From Carcharhinus amblyrhynchos (taxonomy: Eukaryota), in NCBI GenBank assembly GCA_965287045.1, contig OZ336891.1, positions 38,936,001 to 39,000,000 on the forward strand: a DNA stretch of 64,000 nt. The letters run 5' to 3'. The translations under genes were made by a program, and so were the position numbers. The stretch's first letter is position 1, and every line of letters begins with the position of its first letter. Below the pieces are notes generated by a model. It was not told where the DNA came from, ran no database searches, and saw only the letters and a list, made by a program, of their open reading frames with translations. This document shows positions 48,333-60,570 of the stretch, piece after piece.

Positions 48333-48382
48333 TCATGTACTGTTTACTGTTCAGATTTTATTTTTAAATTCCTTGATAGATG
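48333..48382 (-). other. NR1H5: 5' UTR portion of the first coding exon (exon likely 48382-48236)
   Basis: Strong acceptor ctttcctctttttacag|CATC at 48383/48382 implies at least one more upstream non-coding exon. Confidence 0.65.
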
Positions 48383-48484
48383 CTGTAAAAAGAGGAAAGC
48401 CAGTCATGACAAATTTTAATTATTCTAGTTTGAAATGCGACAGCAATCAAAATTTGATTATCTAAAACAGTTTAGGATATATCC

Positions 48485-49040
48485 ATCATAATCTTATACA
48501 CCTCAATCAGGTCCCTTCCCCACAAGCCTTCTCTGCTCTAAGGAAAACAACCCTAGCCTAACTAGCCTCTCTTCGTAGGTGAAATGTTCTAACCCAGGCA
48601 GCATCCTGGAGTATTTCCTCTTCATCCTCTCTAGTGCAATCATACCCTTTCTATTGTATGAAGACTATAACTGCACACAATACTCTAGCTGTGGCTTAAT
48701 GAACATTTTATATAGCTCCATCATAACCTCCTTGCTGTTATATTCAATGACCTGGCTAATAAAGGCAAGTCTCCCATGTGTCTTCTTAACTTTATCTATC
48801 TATCCTGCTGCCTTCAGGGATCTTTGGCCATGCACCATATGGTCCTTCTCGTCCTCTGTACTCCCTGGATATTCTGCCATTCATTGTGTATTCTCTTGCC
48901 TTGTTCATCCTCCCAAAATGCATCATTTCATGCTTTTCAGGGCTAAATTCTATTAGTCATTGTTCTACCCATCTGATCAGCCCATTTATACGATCCCGTA
49001 GTCCAAGGCTTTCCTCCTTGCTATTTACCACACCACCAAT
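48485..49040 (-). mobile_element. CR1 LINE fragment
   Basis: Reverse complement has RT C-terminal motifs (MMHFGRMN; LGLFSLEQRR). Confidence 0.75.
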
Positions 49041-49349
49041 TTTTTGATTGATTACAGATTGCAGTCAGATGGAATTTGATTCAATTTAATGTGGTCACCA
49101 TAGAAAAACAAGCAGTTGTAAGAGAATCTATCAAAAATAAATTCATGGGATGTGGTAGGGCCGCCATTCACAATTGCCCTTCAGAAGATGGTTATTCCCT
49201 TCTTGAACTGCTTCAGAATGTGTGGGGCAGGTACACACACCATGCTGTTAGGGAGAGAATGCCAGGATTTTGATCCAGTGACAGTGAAGGAGTGGATGAT
49301 GTCAAACTTCTTGAACGTTGTTGGAGCTGTGCTTGGCCATTATTAAGGA

Positions 49350-50580
49350 GGTAGAAAAAGGAGATTTAGCAAATAATAATCAGGCTGAGTCAACATGGTT
49401 TTGTGAAAGGGAAACTATGATTATCAAATTTATTAAAGTTCTTTGAGAATGTAACAAGCAGAAAAACCAATAGATATTGGGTTTTCAGATTTGCAAAAGG
49501 CATTTGAGAAGGTCACTACATAAAAGGTTGTTGCATAAGATGAGAGCTGATGGGTTTGGATGATATATTAGCATGGACAATGGATTGGCTAAATAAAGGA
49601 AACTATTCACGTGCCACAGGGAATAGTACTATGGCTTTAATTAATTACAAATTGTATTAATAACTTGGATCAAGGGACAAGCTACAGTATAGCTACATTT
49701 GCTCATGGTACAAAGATAGGTAGGAAAGCTAGATGTGTGAAGCATACAAGACCAAACAAAGTGACAAAGGTAAAGTGAGTGAGGAAAACAAAAATGACAG
49801 ATGGAGTATAATTTTGGAAAATATGAACATGTCCACTTTGGCAGGAATAGAAAAACAGAATATTAAAATGAGGAAAGACTGCAGAATTCTGATGCTCAGA
49901 GGCATCTTGGTGTCTTTGTACATGAATCACCAAAAAGTTAGCATGTATGTTCAGCAACTGATTAAGAAGGCAAATGGAATGTTAGCCTTTATTGGAAGGG
50001 GAATGGAGTGTGTAAGTATGAAAGTCATGCTACAGTTCTACAGGGCATTGGTGAGACTGTAGCAGAAAAACTGTTTTGGTTTCCTTACTTAAGAAGGGGA
50101 TATATTTATGTTGAAGCACATCAAGAAGATTCACTAAATTTATCTCTGGAATGAAGGGTTTGTCTTATAAAAAAAGGTTGAAAAGGTTATGCCTATACTC
50201 ATTGGAGCTCATTGAAACATAAGATTCTGAGGAGACTTGACAGGATAGATCTTGGGAGGACAAGGGGTTCCTTTCATGGAGGAATCCAGAACTCGGGTCA
50301 TCATTTAAAACTAAAGAGTCTCCCGTTTAAGACGTAGAGAAGGAAGAATGCCTTCTCTCCAATAGCTCCTATTCTTTGTAATTCTCTCCCACAGAGAATA
50401 ATGGAGGCTGGAACATTGAATATATTGACAGCTGAGAGGGATAGATTTTTAATTCTCAGAGTTAAAGATTATGGGGTACAGGCAGGAAAGTTAAGGCCAC
50501 AATCACAACTATGGTCTAATCAAAAGTTGGAATAGGATTGGCGGGCAAATTGGCTCACTCATGCTCCTATTTCTTATATC
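49350..50580 (+). mobile_element. Old CR1 LINE fragment
   Basis: SQHGFVKGK, DLQKAFEKV, KKANGMLAFIGRGME..LQFYRALVR, CR1 3' UTR. Confidence 0.8.
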
Positions 50581-51914
50581 TGGACAACTGGAGAGCATTC
50601 CATCATGTTCCTGACTTTGCCTTATAATATGTGAGTGAATCCTGGCAAAATGCCAGCCTCTGACCTGCTGTTCCAGCCAAAGTATTTATGTGGCTGGTAT
50701 AGTTAAATTTCAAGTCAATCTGGAGAATGTTAATAGTTGGACATTTGACATGCAATACATAAACGGGGGCTGGTTACCTCTCTCAATGGAGATAGTTGAC
50801 GCCTGGCATTTGCATGGCATGACTGCTACTGACCACCTATTAGCCCAAACCAGATGCAGGCATAGACTATTTTATTCTGTGAGGAGTTACAAATGCAACT
50901 GAACATGACGTGATCATCAGCAAATATTTCCACTTCAGACCTCATGATGAAGCAGGGGCAGATTTACAATGAAACACACCATGTCTAGGCACAGATCTCC
51001 AACAACAGAGGTCTCTGCTGCCAGCTGCCCTGTTGTACTGCCAGATCCTGTACTGGAACACGGAGTTAGCTCAGCTGGAGTGATCATCACCAGACGATTA
51101 GCACGACACCCATTCAGAGGCTAATTATTCCCTGCATTTGCTTTGATTCAGCCTATCAGCACTAAGTGAAATCAGACTCTGATTGGATGAGAACCAAAGT
51201 GTTGATAAGTAAGTAACTGTTGGCAACAGATGCATGTGTGTGAGGGAAAGATACAGCAACCGGCCATGACAAGGACATAGAGTGGGGAAGTCGAGGGCTG
51301 CAGCAGAGCACACATACCCCAAACCAGCTGCAGATGCACAAGACCCCGAGGTGAAGGAGAGATGCACTGGCCACGACAAGGACATACGGTGGGGGGGCAG
51401 GTTGTCTTGACGACACCAGGCGAGTGAGCAAGCAAGGTGGGGTGGTGGGAATGGGAAGCAATTGCTGTTTGAAATCCATGATTGGGATCACAGCTTCATA
51501 GTTAAAAGCTGAATCCCATTTTTGCAGAGCTAGAACCTGATAGAAATATGGGATTGACTGTGTGAATGCCTGCTCTTTCAGAACTTTATTAGCTGCCTAA
51601 ATCAAGATCAGTTTCTTTAGCAATATGAAGCAACCCCATCAATGTGACAGCCAAAACACAGAAAAATGAAAGTAAGGCAACAGGACGTAACTAAGCAAAA
51701 CGACAATGTGGGAAGGAGGAGTTCCGTTTCCAGGTGCATTGGCATCAGTACTGAAAAATCTATAGCTTTTTGGATGCCAAATACTATTCCATTATAGTTG
51801 ATTCAACACCATATAAGAGTCATGTGGACCAAGTAACATTAATTTTAAGATATGTGACTAACAATAGTGAATTTGTAGAGCACTTTATTTTGCCCAGCTA
51901 CACTTCTGAGTAAT

Positions 51915-53170
51915 TAGAAATTTAGAAACATAGAAATATAGAAAATCTACAGCACAATACAGGCCCTTCGGCCCACAAAGTTGTGCCGAACATATCCCTA
52001 CCTTAGCGATTACTAGGCTTACCTATAACCCTCTATCTTACTTAGTTCCATGTACTTGTCTAAAAGTCTCTTAAAAGACCCTATCGAATCCACCTCCACC
52101 CCTGTTGCCAGCAGCCCATTCCACGCTCTGAATGAAAAACTTACCCCTGACATCTCCTCTGTACCTACTCCCCAGCACTTTAAACCTGTGTCCTCTTGTG
52201 GCAATCATTTCAGCCCTGGGAAAAAGCCTCTGACTACCCACTTGATCAATACCTCTCAACATCTTATACGCCTCTATCAGGTCACCCCTCATCCTTTGTC
52301 TCTCCAAGGAGAAAAGGCCGAGCTCCCTCAACCTATCCTCATAAGGCATGCTCCCCAATCCAGGCAACATCCTTGTAAATCTCCTCTGCACCCTTTCTAT
52401 GGCTTCTACATCCTTCCTGTAATGTGGCAACCAGAACTGAGCACAGTACTCCAAGTGGGGTCTGACCAGGGTCTTATATAGCTATAGAAGCTCGACTTCT
52501 AAACTCAATTCCTCGACTGATGAAGGCCAGTACACCATATGTCTTCTTAACCACAGCTTCAACCTGCACAGCTGCTTTAAGTGTCCAATGAACTCAGACC
52601 CTAAGATCCTTCTGATCTTCCACGCTGCCAAGAGTCCTACCATTAATATTATATTCTGCCATCCTATTTGACCTGCCAAAATGAACCACTTCACACTTAT
52701 CTGGGTTGAACTTCACCTGCCACTTCTCCGCCCAGTCTTGCCTCCTATCAATGTCTTGCTGCAACTTCTGACATCCCTCCACACTATCCACAACACCTTC
52801 AATCTTTGTGTCATCAGCAGACTTACCAACCCATCCCTCCACTTCCTCACCAGGTCATTTATTAAAATCATAAAGAGTAAGGGTCCCAGAACAGATCCCT
52901 GTGGCACTCCACTGGTGACCAGCCTCCATGCAGAATATGACCCATCTATAACCACTCTTTGCCTTCTGTGGGCAAGCCATTTTTGGATCCAAAAAGGAAT
53001 GTCCCCTTGGATCCCATGCCCCCTCACTTTCTCAATAAGCCTTGCATGGGACACTTTATCAAGTGCCTTGCTGAAGTCCATATATACTACATCTACTGCT
53101 CTTACTTCATCAATGTGTTTAGTCACATCTTCAAAAAATTCAATTAGGCTCGTAAGGCATGACCTGCCTT
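51915..53170 (-). mobile_element. Relatively young 5'-truncated CR1 (HER1-like) LINE
   Basis: [58 protein letters not shown]. Tandem (TAGAAA.A)n 3' tail at about 51915-51945. Confidence 0.92.
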
Positions 53171-53639
53171 ATATGTAGGTTTGGATGTCAAAAATTGTCA
53201 TGGGCAAAGCTTCAATAATGCTACAAATATGGTAGGAAAATATTCAGGTTTACAAGCAAGACTGAATAATTCAAGCCCCTGTGCATTATTCATCCCCTGT
53301 TCCAGTCACTGGAATTTAATCTGCAATGCTGCAGCTGAATCCTGTGGGGGAGACATACATTTTGCTCAAAACCTGTATGTATGGAAACCAAAAAAAGGTA
53401 TCAGTGGAATACATTGCAATTACCCTTGGATCAGACAAATAAAAAACATCGACAATCAAAAGAATTTGAAAATGAACTTTGCTAATACAAAACAAACCTT
53501 ATTAGACATAGCCACATGAAATTCAGAAAACTGCATGTGAAATCCTTAGGAGAGAATTTTGAAAAGTACTATACTGCTGTGTTTACTCTTTTGTGGAACT
53601 CTTCTCTTCAAAGAATGAATTCTGTCAGCAAATCACTGC

Positions 53640-54185
53640 AAAATAATCCCACCTGCCAGCACTTGGACCATAGCCTTGAATTTAAGCTGTGCCAAGTGTT
53701 CTTCCAGATACATTTTAAAGGATTTGAGGCAACTCGCATCTACCACCCTCCCAGGTAGTGCAGTCCAAACTGTCCCCCCCCAACAAACCTCCTGCCCCTC
53801 ACTTTGAATCTATGTCCCCTTGTGACTGACCCTTCAAAAAGGGGAACAGTTGCTCCTTATCCACTCTGTCCAGGTCTCTCAATCTTGTGCATCTCGATCA
53901 GGTCACCCCTCAGTCTTCTCTGCTCCAATGAAAACAAACCAAGCTTATGCAACCTCTCTTCATAACTTAAATTTTCCATCTCACGCAGCATCCTGGTGAA
54001 TCTCCTTTGGACCCACTCCTGTGGCAACCAGAACAGCACAACGTATTCTAGGTGTGGCCTCACCAAAGTTCTACATAACTCCAATTGTCCCATTTGCTTT
54101 TTTCACCACCCTACTAACATGCCCTTCTGCCTTCAGAGATCTGTGGACAAACACGCCAAGGTCCCTTTGCTCCATATTGCTTCCA
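53640..54185 (-). mobile_element. CR1 LINE 3' fragment inside hAT
   Basis: LVRPHLEY..VQRRFTRML..LSYEERLHKLGLFSLEQRRLRGDLIE. Confidence 0.85.
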
Positions 54186-54436
54186 CTGATATATCTGATG
54201 AAAAATGTACAAGATGCAGGAAGGTTTTTTTTATTAAACTAGAGATAATATAATAATTTAAAAGGGAAAGAGAAGATCATCTGTCAGTGTTTTTTGCGAC
54301 ACAATGTTGGTGCAGTTACAGAGCACGGATGAAAATGTTAAAAATCACAGTAGTAAGAAATTAAATGGCTTCTATCCTGTAGATATAAAACATCTTTTTG
54401 ACGACAAAGTGAAGCAATTCATTCATTTTATTGATA

Positions 54437-54735
54437 TCCATAGAATCCCTACAGTAAATAAGGAGGCCATTTGGCCTATCGAGTCTGTACCAATCACATC
54501 CCACCCAGGCTATTCTGGTAACCCTTATTTACCCTGCTAATCCCCCCTGACACTAGGGTCAATTTAAATGACCAATCAATTTAAATAACCTGCACATCTT
54601 TGGACTGTGGGAGGAAACCAGAGCACCTGGGGGAAACCCACACAGATACAGGAAGAAAGTGACCTGAGGCCAGAATTGAACCCGGGTCCTTAGCATTGTG
54701 AGGTAGCAGTGCTAACCACTATGCCACCATGCCAT
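54437..54735 (-). mobile_element. tRNA-derived SINE (HE1-like)
   Basis: Reverse complement starts GGCATGGTGGCATAGTGGTTAGCACTGCTACC..GGGTTCAATTC and ends with a GGGATTCTATG tail. Confidence 0.85.
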
Positions 54736-55074
54736 ATTAATGAACTTTGTGCTTCAAAATCACCAGCTGATTTGTACAGACTTGCACATGATGGTTCTTT
54801 GCAAGCAAACTTTCCAAATGTAGAAACCATTCTGAGAATATTTTAACAATACCTGTCACAAATGCTTCCAGTAAATATTCTTTGTCTCTACTGTACAAAG
54901 TTAAAAATTATTTTTGAAGTGCGAATAAGGAACATTGTATTGAGAATTGAAATTACATCATTAAAAGATATTATCCACAAGGATGTTATTGATGATTTTG
55001 CAAAGAAAAAGTGTACCTAAATTGCCATGCTGACAAGAGATGAAGAAAGAAAATCTTAAAGATCTGTCCCTCTT

Positions 55075-55365
55075 CCGTATTCACAGAAGAAGGCAATTTG
55101 GCCCATTCAGTTGCACCAACCACAATCCCACCCAGGCCCTATTCCCATAACCTCTCATTTACCCTGTTAATCTCCCTGACAAGTTAATTTACCTAATCTG
55201 CACATTTTTGGACTATGGGAGAAAACCAGAGCACCCAGAGGAAACCCACACAGACATGGGAGAACGTGCAGGCTCCACACAGACAGTGACCTAAGCCAGG
55301 AATTGAATCTGGGTCCCTGGTGCTGTGATGCAGCAGTGCTAACCACTGTGCTACCCTGCCACCCA
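55075..55365 (-). mobile_element. tRNA-derived SINE (HE1-like)
   Basis: Reverse complement GGCAGGGTAGCACAGTGGTTAGCACTGCTGC..CCCAGATTCAATTCC plus the SINE core. Confidence 0.85.
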
Positions 55366-57097
55366 TTCATTTGTTTAAAATTTTGTTTTTCTAAATGGAC
55401 TGTTTCTGCTCTGATATAATGGCTGCAGCTGGCTACATGCCAGCAGTTCTAACCATCATCACTCTCAAGACTGACCTTCTGAAAGGTTCTAGGACAAAGA
55501 ATGGAATTGTGCCAGATAAAGCCACTGATATTGGACTTGGATTAACTGGACTCTGCTCAAGTGAATTTATGGCAATAACTTTTTTAATTTTGAGAGAGGA
55601 AGTTAACTTTTGTTTTTGAAACTGAATGAGACTCTGTGGAATATACTGAATGGCAACGGATGTATCTTGTTGATTGGTGTATTTGCTCCTGTACTGGCTC
55701 ATTCTGAACAAGTCCTAATTGTGTTGCATGAATCTTTAAAATAAGGAATTGGTAGGCAATGTTTTTACGAGCTGTCTGTGCTGCAATGATATAATTGGCT
55801 GATTTTTCTTCATCTTGATGCTCTTCATCATGTTCCATGTTTGCTCACCTCAAAATTCACATTGCAATATTTACCATCCTTACCATCATTCTGATAAGAG
55901 GTAATCTTGGATTTCAGCGTGGCATTTATTCATACTGGCGTGTTTCTACAAGTGAAAAAGCAATGATCAATTTGTGTATTTTGTGGCTTCTGCCTTTATT
56001 TAAGGTGAAGCGAGGGAGGCAAGGTTTTGGGCAGAAAAGAAGATGAACTCAGAGCCCCACTCTGATCGAACCCTGATGAAGCCACTGAAAACAGTTTAGC
56101 CTAGGAAACCACCGTGAGAAACTCCTGCAATGTCCTGGGATGAAGATCGTTGTCCTTCAATAACCTCAACCATTTTCATCTGTGCTAGGCATCACTCCAA
56201 GCCAGTGAATAGTATTTGCCCTCTTCCCCCACAATTTTCATTGACTTTGATTTTACTAGCCCCTTTTAATGCCACAGTTGGCCAAATGCTGCCTTGATGT
56301 TAAGGGCAGACATTTCTGGAATTCAGCTATTTTATTCACATTTGAATGAAGGCTATAATGAGGTCCTGTAGAACAATTCAAACAGTGCACAGCATGTTAT
56401 TACCAACATCAATGTGATTACATTGTTACTAAATCTTTGTTAATTATTGCAAATAATATAATTTTCCCATCCTAAGCAAGGGTACTGAATCAATTGCAAT
56501 GCTTTTGTTTTAGGCTGTGTATCATACACACTGTGCTGGAAATGTACTGCCTGCCCTATGGTAAAAGGTGAAAGATGGTGAGGGTACACTTCTAAAATAG
56601 GCATATGTAAACAAGAGGCCAAATGTCAGATTCAAGTCCATTTTCTGATTGTGGATTTCTGAACACCAGGTTTCATGCATTTAGATGCCCAGTCTATCTA
56701 AAGTAATTGCATGAGTTCACAGGTATGCATATTGGAATGTGAATCTGGTACATGAACATTGCTCCTGATTCCAACAGTTTCAAGCATGCATATAGATTCC
56801 TCCCCAACACCTCTCTCTTATCACCTACCATCCTTCCTGATGCCTCACTATGCCATTGCAGTTAGTATGATACTGATTATGTCTTTGGAGAACCAATTTC
56901 AGCAAAGGCATTGCTCCCTGATGACCAGTTGAACGAGCTAAGACTGCACTATCCAAGTTCACCCTCTTGGTCTATGGCTCATCTATCAATTATGTATAAG
57001 GCACCTGCTGTTCTTGTCCTCACCCTGACAGCTAGACAGACAAATTTCAACCTGTATGTACAGGAATGACCAATCATGATACTATTGAGCTAAAGCA

Positions 57098-57200
57098 GTG
57101 TTCTGAAAGCTTGTGATTCCAAGTAAACCTGTCGGACTTTAAGCTGGTGTTGAGACACTTCTTATAGTGCCCACCCCAGTCCAATGCCAGTACCTCCACA
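57098..57200 (+). mobile_element. Short Penelope-type terminal repeat fragment with TSD
   Basis: GTGTTCTGAAAGCTTGTGATTCCAAGTAAACCTGTCGGACTTTAAGCTGGTGTTG..CCAGTCCAATGCCAGTACCTCCACA, flanked by GAGCTAAAGCA (57087-57097) and GAACTAAAGCA (57201-57211). Family assignment is from recall. Confidence 0.55.
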
Positions 57201-57513
57201 GAACTAAAGCAAAGCACTATACTAATTAATCCCCTAAAGAATACTAAGGATGTTCTCTCTGGACTCTTTCTTACTGTTTATATTACATAATCTCAGAGCA
57301 ATAAACTTCCGCAGTTCCATTTCCATGCACCCAACGTGCCCTCTGTTGCTTTCTAAAGATATAGTGTTGTCTGCTCATTGTGGTGATAGATTTGTTTATG
57401 CCAATACCCAGTAATACTATTTATTTTCTCATTAAGTATCTGCACTGTACACTGTCACACTAGCCACCTTTATTTGCTGTCTGTTTGAGATTGCCAGTTT
57501 AGAAGAAGTTTAA

Positions 57514-58510
57514 GGGCAAAATTCTCCACTTTTGAGACTGGTGAGAGGTGGCTGACCAGAATGAGAGGATCCCACGCCAGATTGTGCTCTTGGAATCTCA
57601 ATTATACACAAGCGAATTCCCTGGGAAATCACTTGGTGGGCTGGCAGCTGCTTCACCACCGCCCCCCCCCCACCCCAGCCCTCAGCTGACTGGCTCAATG
57701 GTTCCTGTGCCTTATTTAAATACCAGTTCAGCACATAAATGTTGCTCTCTCAAGCCCATTGGCATCACCAGGTTGTGCAGGAAGTCAGCAACCATTGGAC
57801 AACTACCCACTAGATATAGAGTCTTTGTGCATCTCTACTGGCAAATGTGCTTTCCCTTGGACCTCCTTGTTTGAGAGCTCTTCATGCAATCTTGTTGGGA
57901 TCCAGTTTCCTTCCCCTCAGTCTTCCCTCTGTCTTCCATTGTTCATTTTCTTCATCCACCTTCTTACCCCTCTGCCTACCAGCATGAACTTCTAACCCCC
58001 ACAACTGAACTTTGGACCTCTATTACAGTGGCTGTACAAATCTTGCATCAGTGCTCTCCAGATAGATACGACTGTGGGGCACTGGGATGGAAGGAGATCC
58101 CTGCACTCCCCAGACACTGCGCTGAACTGGGACAGGGACACAGGGGGGTCCACAGGTCTAGCAACATAGCTCTGTCCATGACAACCACCCCATTATAGAG
58201 ATGGATGCAGGAACTGGCCTGCCTCAGCTGAGTGGTGAACAATGCATTGTGAATAGCGTTATGGCAGAAATGCTTTGTTGTACTCCCCTCAAAGCCTTTT
58301 ACACACTAAGCAGTCAGGTTTTACAACAATGTAATTTCCCAATGGTGTGATGCCAAGATCAGGCCTGACAGGATGTCAGCAGGCAGCTGTTGTGATGAGC
58401 ATCCATGAGGTGCAAATGGCATTCATCTGGATGACTGCACCTCCATTGGGTTAGTTTTACACCAATGGGTTCCTGACTTTTTAGTTCCCACTAGATTTGC
58501 TGCTCCCACC
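57514..58510. mobile_element. Non-autonomous Harbinger-type element (same family as 24959-26305)
   Basis: TAA|GGGCAAAATTCTCCACTTTTGAGACT start, colinear with 24959-26250. A SINE follows at the right end. Confidence 0.65.
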
Positions 58511-58519
58511 AGCCACAAA

Positions 58520-58805
58520 ATCACAGTGGCAGAGTGGTCACAGCACCAGGGACTTGGGTTCGATTCCCAGCTTGGGTCATTGTGTGTGGAGTTTGCATGT
58601 TCTCCGTGGCTGTGTGGGTTTCCCTTGGGTGCTCTAGTTTCCTCCACAGTCCAAGAGAGATGCTGGTTAGGTGCATTAGCTATGCTAACTTCTCCCTCAG
58701 TGTACCCAAACAAGCGCTGGAGTGTGGCACCTAGGAGATTTTCACACTAACTTCATTGCAGTGTCAATGTAAGCCTACTTGTAACACTAATAAATAAACT
58801 TTAAA
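58520..58805 (+). mobile_element. tRNA-derived SINE
   Basis: B-box GGGTTCGATTCCC, SINE core, tail CTTCATTGCAGTGTCAATGTAAGCCTACTTGTAACACTAATAAATAAACTTT. Confidence 0.85.
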
Positions 58806-59259
58806 AAACAATTAAATTATCTCTATGCCTTAATGGAGAGAACACTCAAATTCCAAGAATGCATTTAATAGAGATCTATTTAAATATTTTACTTCTGTTT
58901 CTTGTAATTGCTGCTTTATACTTCCTTGAAGAAAATCTAGGGGACAAATTTCAAATGTTCGTGATCTTCCTTTGGACAGAAGAGGTGTGGGGAAGAAGGC
59001 AGATGGTTTGAGTTCTACAAACCTGACTGAAACCATCATGACAACAGCAATGTGGAATAATCACACTCATGGCTTGCAACATGAATAGCACACAGACCTC
59101 ATTTTGCCCGCTAATTGAAAGGACATTAGGCTGCAAACAATCAAGAACAGCATGAATTAAAGCTCATACATACTACTTACAGCCAGCACTTGGAGAAAGT
59201 GCATTGCCGTTAAAGTGGGTTGTGGAAGTTATGATCTTTGATATGGAGAAGTGACACAA

Positions 59260-59450
59260 TATGGCAGAGAGTGCATGAACAAGACTTTCCAATGTCACAC
59301 TGGATGCTTTAAGGAGCAACATCATCTATTCAGAAGGGTTCTCCAGACAAACACTGGGATCAAATAGCCATGGCAGTCTGGCCCCAAGCAGCTGGATAGA
59401 GTGCCTCAAAATGTCCAATAACCTCATATGTTGCCAAAGTCAGTGAACAC
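59260..59450 (+). mobile_element. Harbinger Myb/SANT-like gene remnant
   Basis: ATGGCAGAGAG..TTTCCAATGTCACACTGGA..CTCCAGACAAACACTG is homologous to the reverse complement of 5200-5520. Confidence 0.55.
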
Positions 59451-59639
59451 CTCTCTCATACAGAACAGTGCCATTCACCCATCATGTCTGCACCAGCTCT
59501 CCAAATAAACATTGCCATTCTCCTGCCTTTTCTTCATGCACATTACATGTTGTTCAGTCCATGACAAATACCAAAAATCTGAGCGCTAATGGGGATAATG
59601 GAGTCCCGTAGGATTAAGTGGCTGACTTGCCAATGACCA

Positions 59640-60570
59640 AAATAATCTAATGCCCTCTTGCATGCCTCAGCCACATTTCTAGCAGGACGTTCCAGACCTC
59701 GCTGTAAGAAATGTTCTTGTATCACATTTACTTCTTTTGTAAATCACTAAATCTGTGCCCTCATTCAATTCTTTTGTGAATGGGAACAATTTCTCCCATC
59801 TACTCTGTCCAGCCCCCTCATGATTTTGAGCATCTCGATCAAATCTCATATTGGTCTTATTCCAACCTCTCAATCTTGGAGAAATGTAAATACCTTCTGT
59901 ATTCTCCAATACAGTCACATGCTACCTATAGTTTAAAGTTGATTAATTAATTAGTGTCACAAGCAGGCTTAGATTAGGCCCACAATGAATTTACTGTAAA
60001 AATCCCCTCGTGCCCAGAACTGTATACAATATTCCAGCAATGGTCCAACTAGCATCTTGAACAAGTTCACCATAGCCTCCTTGCTCCTGTACTCAATGCC
60101 CCTATTATTAAAGCATATTGTATCCTTGGTTTGATTAATTGCTCTCACCATTTGTCCCACCACCTTCCAAAAAAAAAAGATCATGTGCATAAACACCCAG
60201 GTCCTGCTCCTGCATCCCTTGTATCCTTTATATTTTGTATTGTTTCTCCATGTTCTTCCTACCAAAATTCATCACCTCATACCTGCCCCTTATCTGCTCA
60301 TTCTACCAACTGGCAAGTCCTTTTGAAGTTCTACGCTACTCCCCACAATTTCAATGTTTCCAAGTTTTATATGATCTACAATTTACTTCCTTCAATATCC
60401 TTGGAGGCGTCTCATCCAATCCTGGTGCTTTGTCAACTTAAACATGGACAGTCTGTTCAACATTTCCACCATCAATTTTGAATCTTTCCAGGGCGTTTCC
60501 TTGCCTATCAGATTGGTCTGGATAGCATCTACTTCCTTGATAAAGACAGGTGCAAAGTATTAATTTCATA
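59640..60570 (-). mobile_element. Old CR1 LINE fragment
   Basis: NRGIEYRSKEAMVNLFKMLVGPLLEYCIQFWA, with a small SINE-tail insertion near 59940-60005. Confidence 0.75.

Larger units (their letters stand above)
51480..55020 (+). mobile_element. Fragmented hAT (ZMYM1-like) transposase, split by two CR1 copies and a SINE
   Basis: AKYYSIIVDSTPYKSHVDQVTLILRYV (about 51775-51860); DVKNCHGQSFNNATNMVGKYSGLQARL..FIPCSSH (53181); hATC dimerisation NFPNVETILR(I)..TIPVTNAS (about 54810-54870). Correct domain order. Confidence 0.85.

Noticed and set aside
55390-55850. ORFs 55433-55711 and 55584-55838 as exons of a neighbouring gene such as SYCP1
   Set aside because: No recognisable homology and multiple frame breaks. 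The acidic EHDEEHQDEE..AAQTARKNIAYQF resembles a Harbinger transposase tail, but too weakly to call.
56072-56092. CTGATGAAGCCACTGAAA as an intact hammerhead core
   Set aside because: There is no stem II, and it aligns with the reverse-strand CR1/L2 RT sequence (compare TTGATGAAGTAATTGAAGATGG at about 29249).
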